Positions 63,207 through 64,000 of a stretch of 64,000 nucleotides of DNA are shown piece after piece (position 1 is the first letter of the stretch; each line of letters begins with the position of its first letter). The stretch comes from Cyanobacteria bacterium P01_D01_bin.156 (GTDB lineage: Bacteria; Cyanobacteriota; Cyanobacteriia; Phormidesmidales; Phormidesmidaceae), in the NCBI GenBank assembly GCA_039024555.1, contig JBCCQQ010000019.1:1-64000 (forward strand). Direction: 5' to 3'. The position numbers and the translations under genes were made by a program. The notes beneath the pieces are model-generated. The model did not search any database, was not told the DNA's origin, and saw only the letters and a list, made by a program, of their open reading frames with translations.

Positions 63207-64000
63207 ATGAATAACGCGATCGCAACCCGTTCGATTACTGGACTCATTAATAAAGCATTGGCCATTAAGCCCCTTGCCAACTTTGCCAAGGACCGCGCCC
63301 GCAACATGATGATCAAACGGGCAGAATCCATTGGGGTGTACTGGCTAGATGAAGTCGCCCATCTGCGGGCTCGGGGCAGTGATGCAGGATTTAACCCTAT
63401 TTGGGAAAAAGAACGGGCAGAAATTTGCGATCGCGCCCTCACCTATCCCGCCTATTACCTCACCAGCTTCCACGCCTACGAAGAAGGCAACCTGGGCTGG
63501 GAACCAGCCCTAGAAGCAACGGTGGCTGCTAAAGCCGTCCATGCCCGCCTATGGCCCGAAGGCGATGCCCAAGGCGATGTGCGCTTGCGTCAAAGTTATC
63601 TCAATGTCTTGTTAGAGCAGTTGCCCACAGAACCTAAAACCATTGTAGACCTGGGCTGTAGCACCGGACTCAGCACCCGCGCCCTACAAACCGCCTATCC
63701 CCAAGCCACTATTACCGGTGTGGAACTGTCTGACTATTTTTTAACCGTGGCCCGGTACCAAACAGCCAATGAGCAGAATACTCCCAAGTGGCTCCATGCA
63801 GCAGCAGAAAGCACGGGCCTGCCAGATAGCTCAGTAGAGCTAGTCTCAGCCTCGCTGCTGTTCCATGAACTCCCCACATCTGCCGCCCTAGAAGTGATTC
63901 AAGAAGCTCATCGAATTCTGCGCCCCGGTGGTCATTTCACCATCATGGAAATGAATCCCCAGTCTGAGGTGTACAAAAAACTCCCTGCCTATGTCCTCAC
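63207..64000 (+). CDS. Class I SAM-dependent methyltransferase, 3' end beyond the window (missed by the ORF track)
   Basis: MNNAIATRSITGLINKALAIKP..SFHAYEEGNL..IVDLGCSTGLST..AAESTGLP..LFHELP..ILRPGG; frame open to the window end. Confidence 0.9.
   Translation, partial: MNNAIATRSITGLINKALAIKPLANFAKDRARNMMIKRAESIGVYWLDEVAHLRARGSDAGFNPIWEKERAEICDRALTYPAYYLTSFHAYEEGNLGWEPALEATVAAKAVHARLWPEGDAQGDVRLRQSYLNVLLEQLPTEPKTIVDLGCSTGLSTRALQTAYPQATITGVELSDYFLTVARYQTANEQNTPKWLHAAAESTGLPDSSVELVSASLLFHELPTSAALEVIQEAHRILRPGGHFTIMEMNPQSEVYKKLPAYVL

Overview
A mostly core-genome window from a cyanobacterium. Evidence: psaL, psb32, btpA, cpcS, sasA, Fd-GOGAT, the rimO-crhR pair and at least 28 hand-counted HIP1 (GCGATCGC) octamers. 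A filamentous Leptolyngbya-like host is my inference only. There are about 54 CDSs, with a truncated ISAs1 transposase at the left edge and a SAM methyltransferase running off the right edge. I found no rRNA, intact tRNA or CRISPR array. Best leads: (1) a co-oriented HsdR-N-like nuclease, P-loop ATPase and TPR-protein cassette (55.5-58.9 kb) inside an accessory block, possibly a defence/conflict module; (2) an unannotated ~115-nt sRNA candidate (27.5-27.65 kb) with an NtcA palindrome over its -10 box, an anti-SD motif and its own terminator; (3) an orphan psaL with a Pro-rich loop of the type linked to tetrameric PSI; (4) a 44-aa membrane microprotein, absent from the ORF track, whose stop overlaps the cobU start; (5) GTAG-type REP elements and long perfect palindromes. 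All product calls come from motif recognition by eye; no database searches were run.
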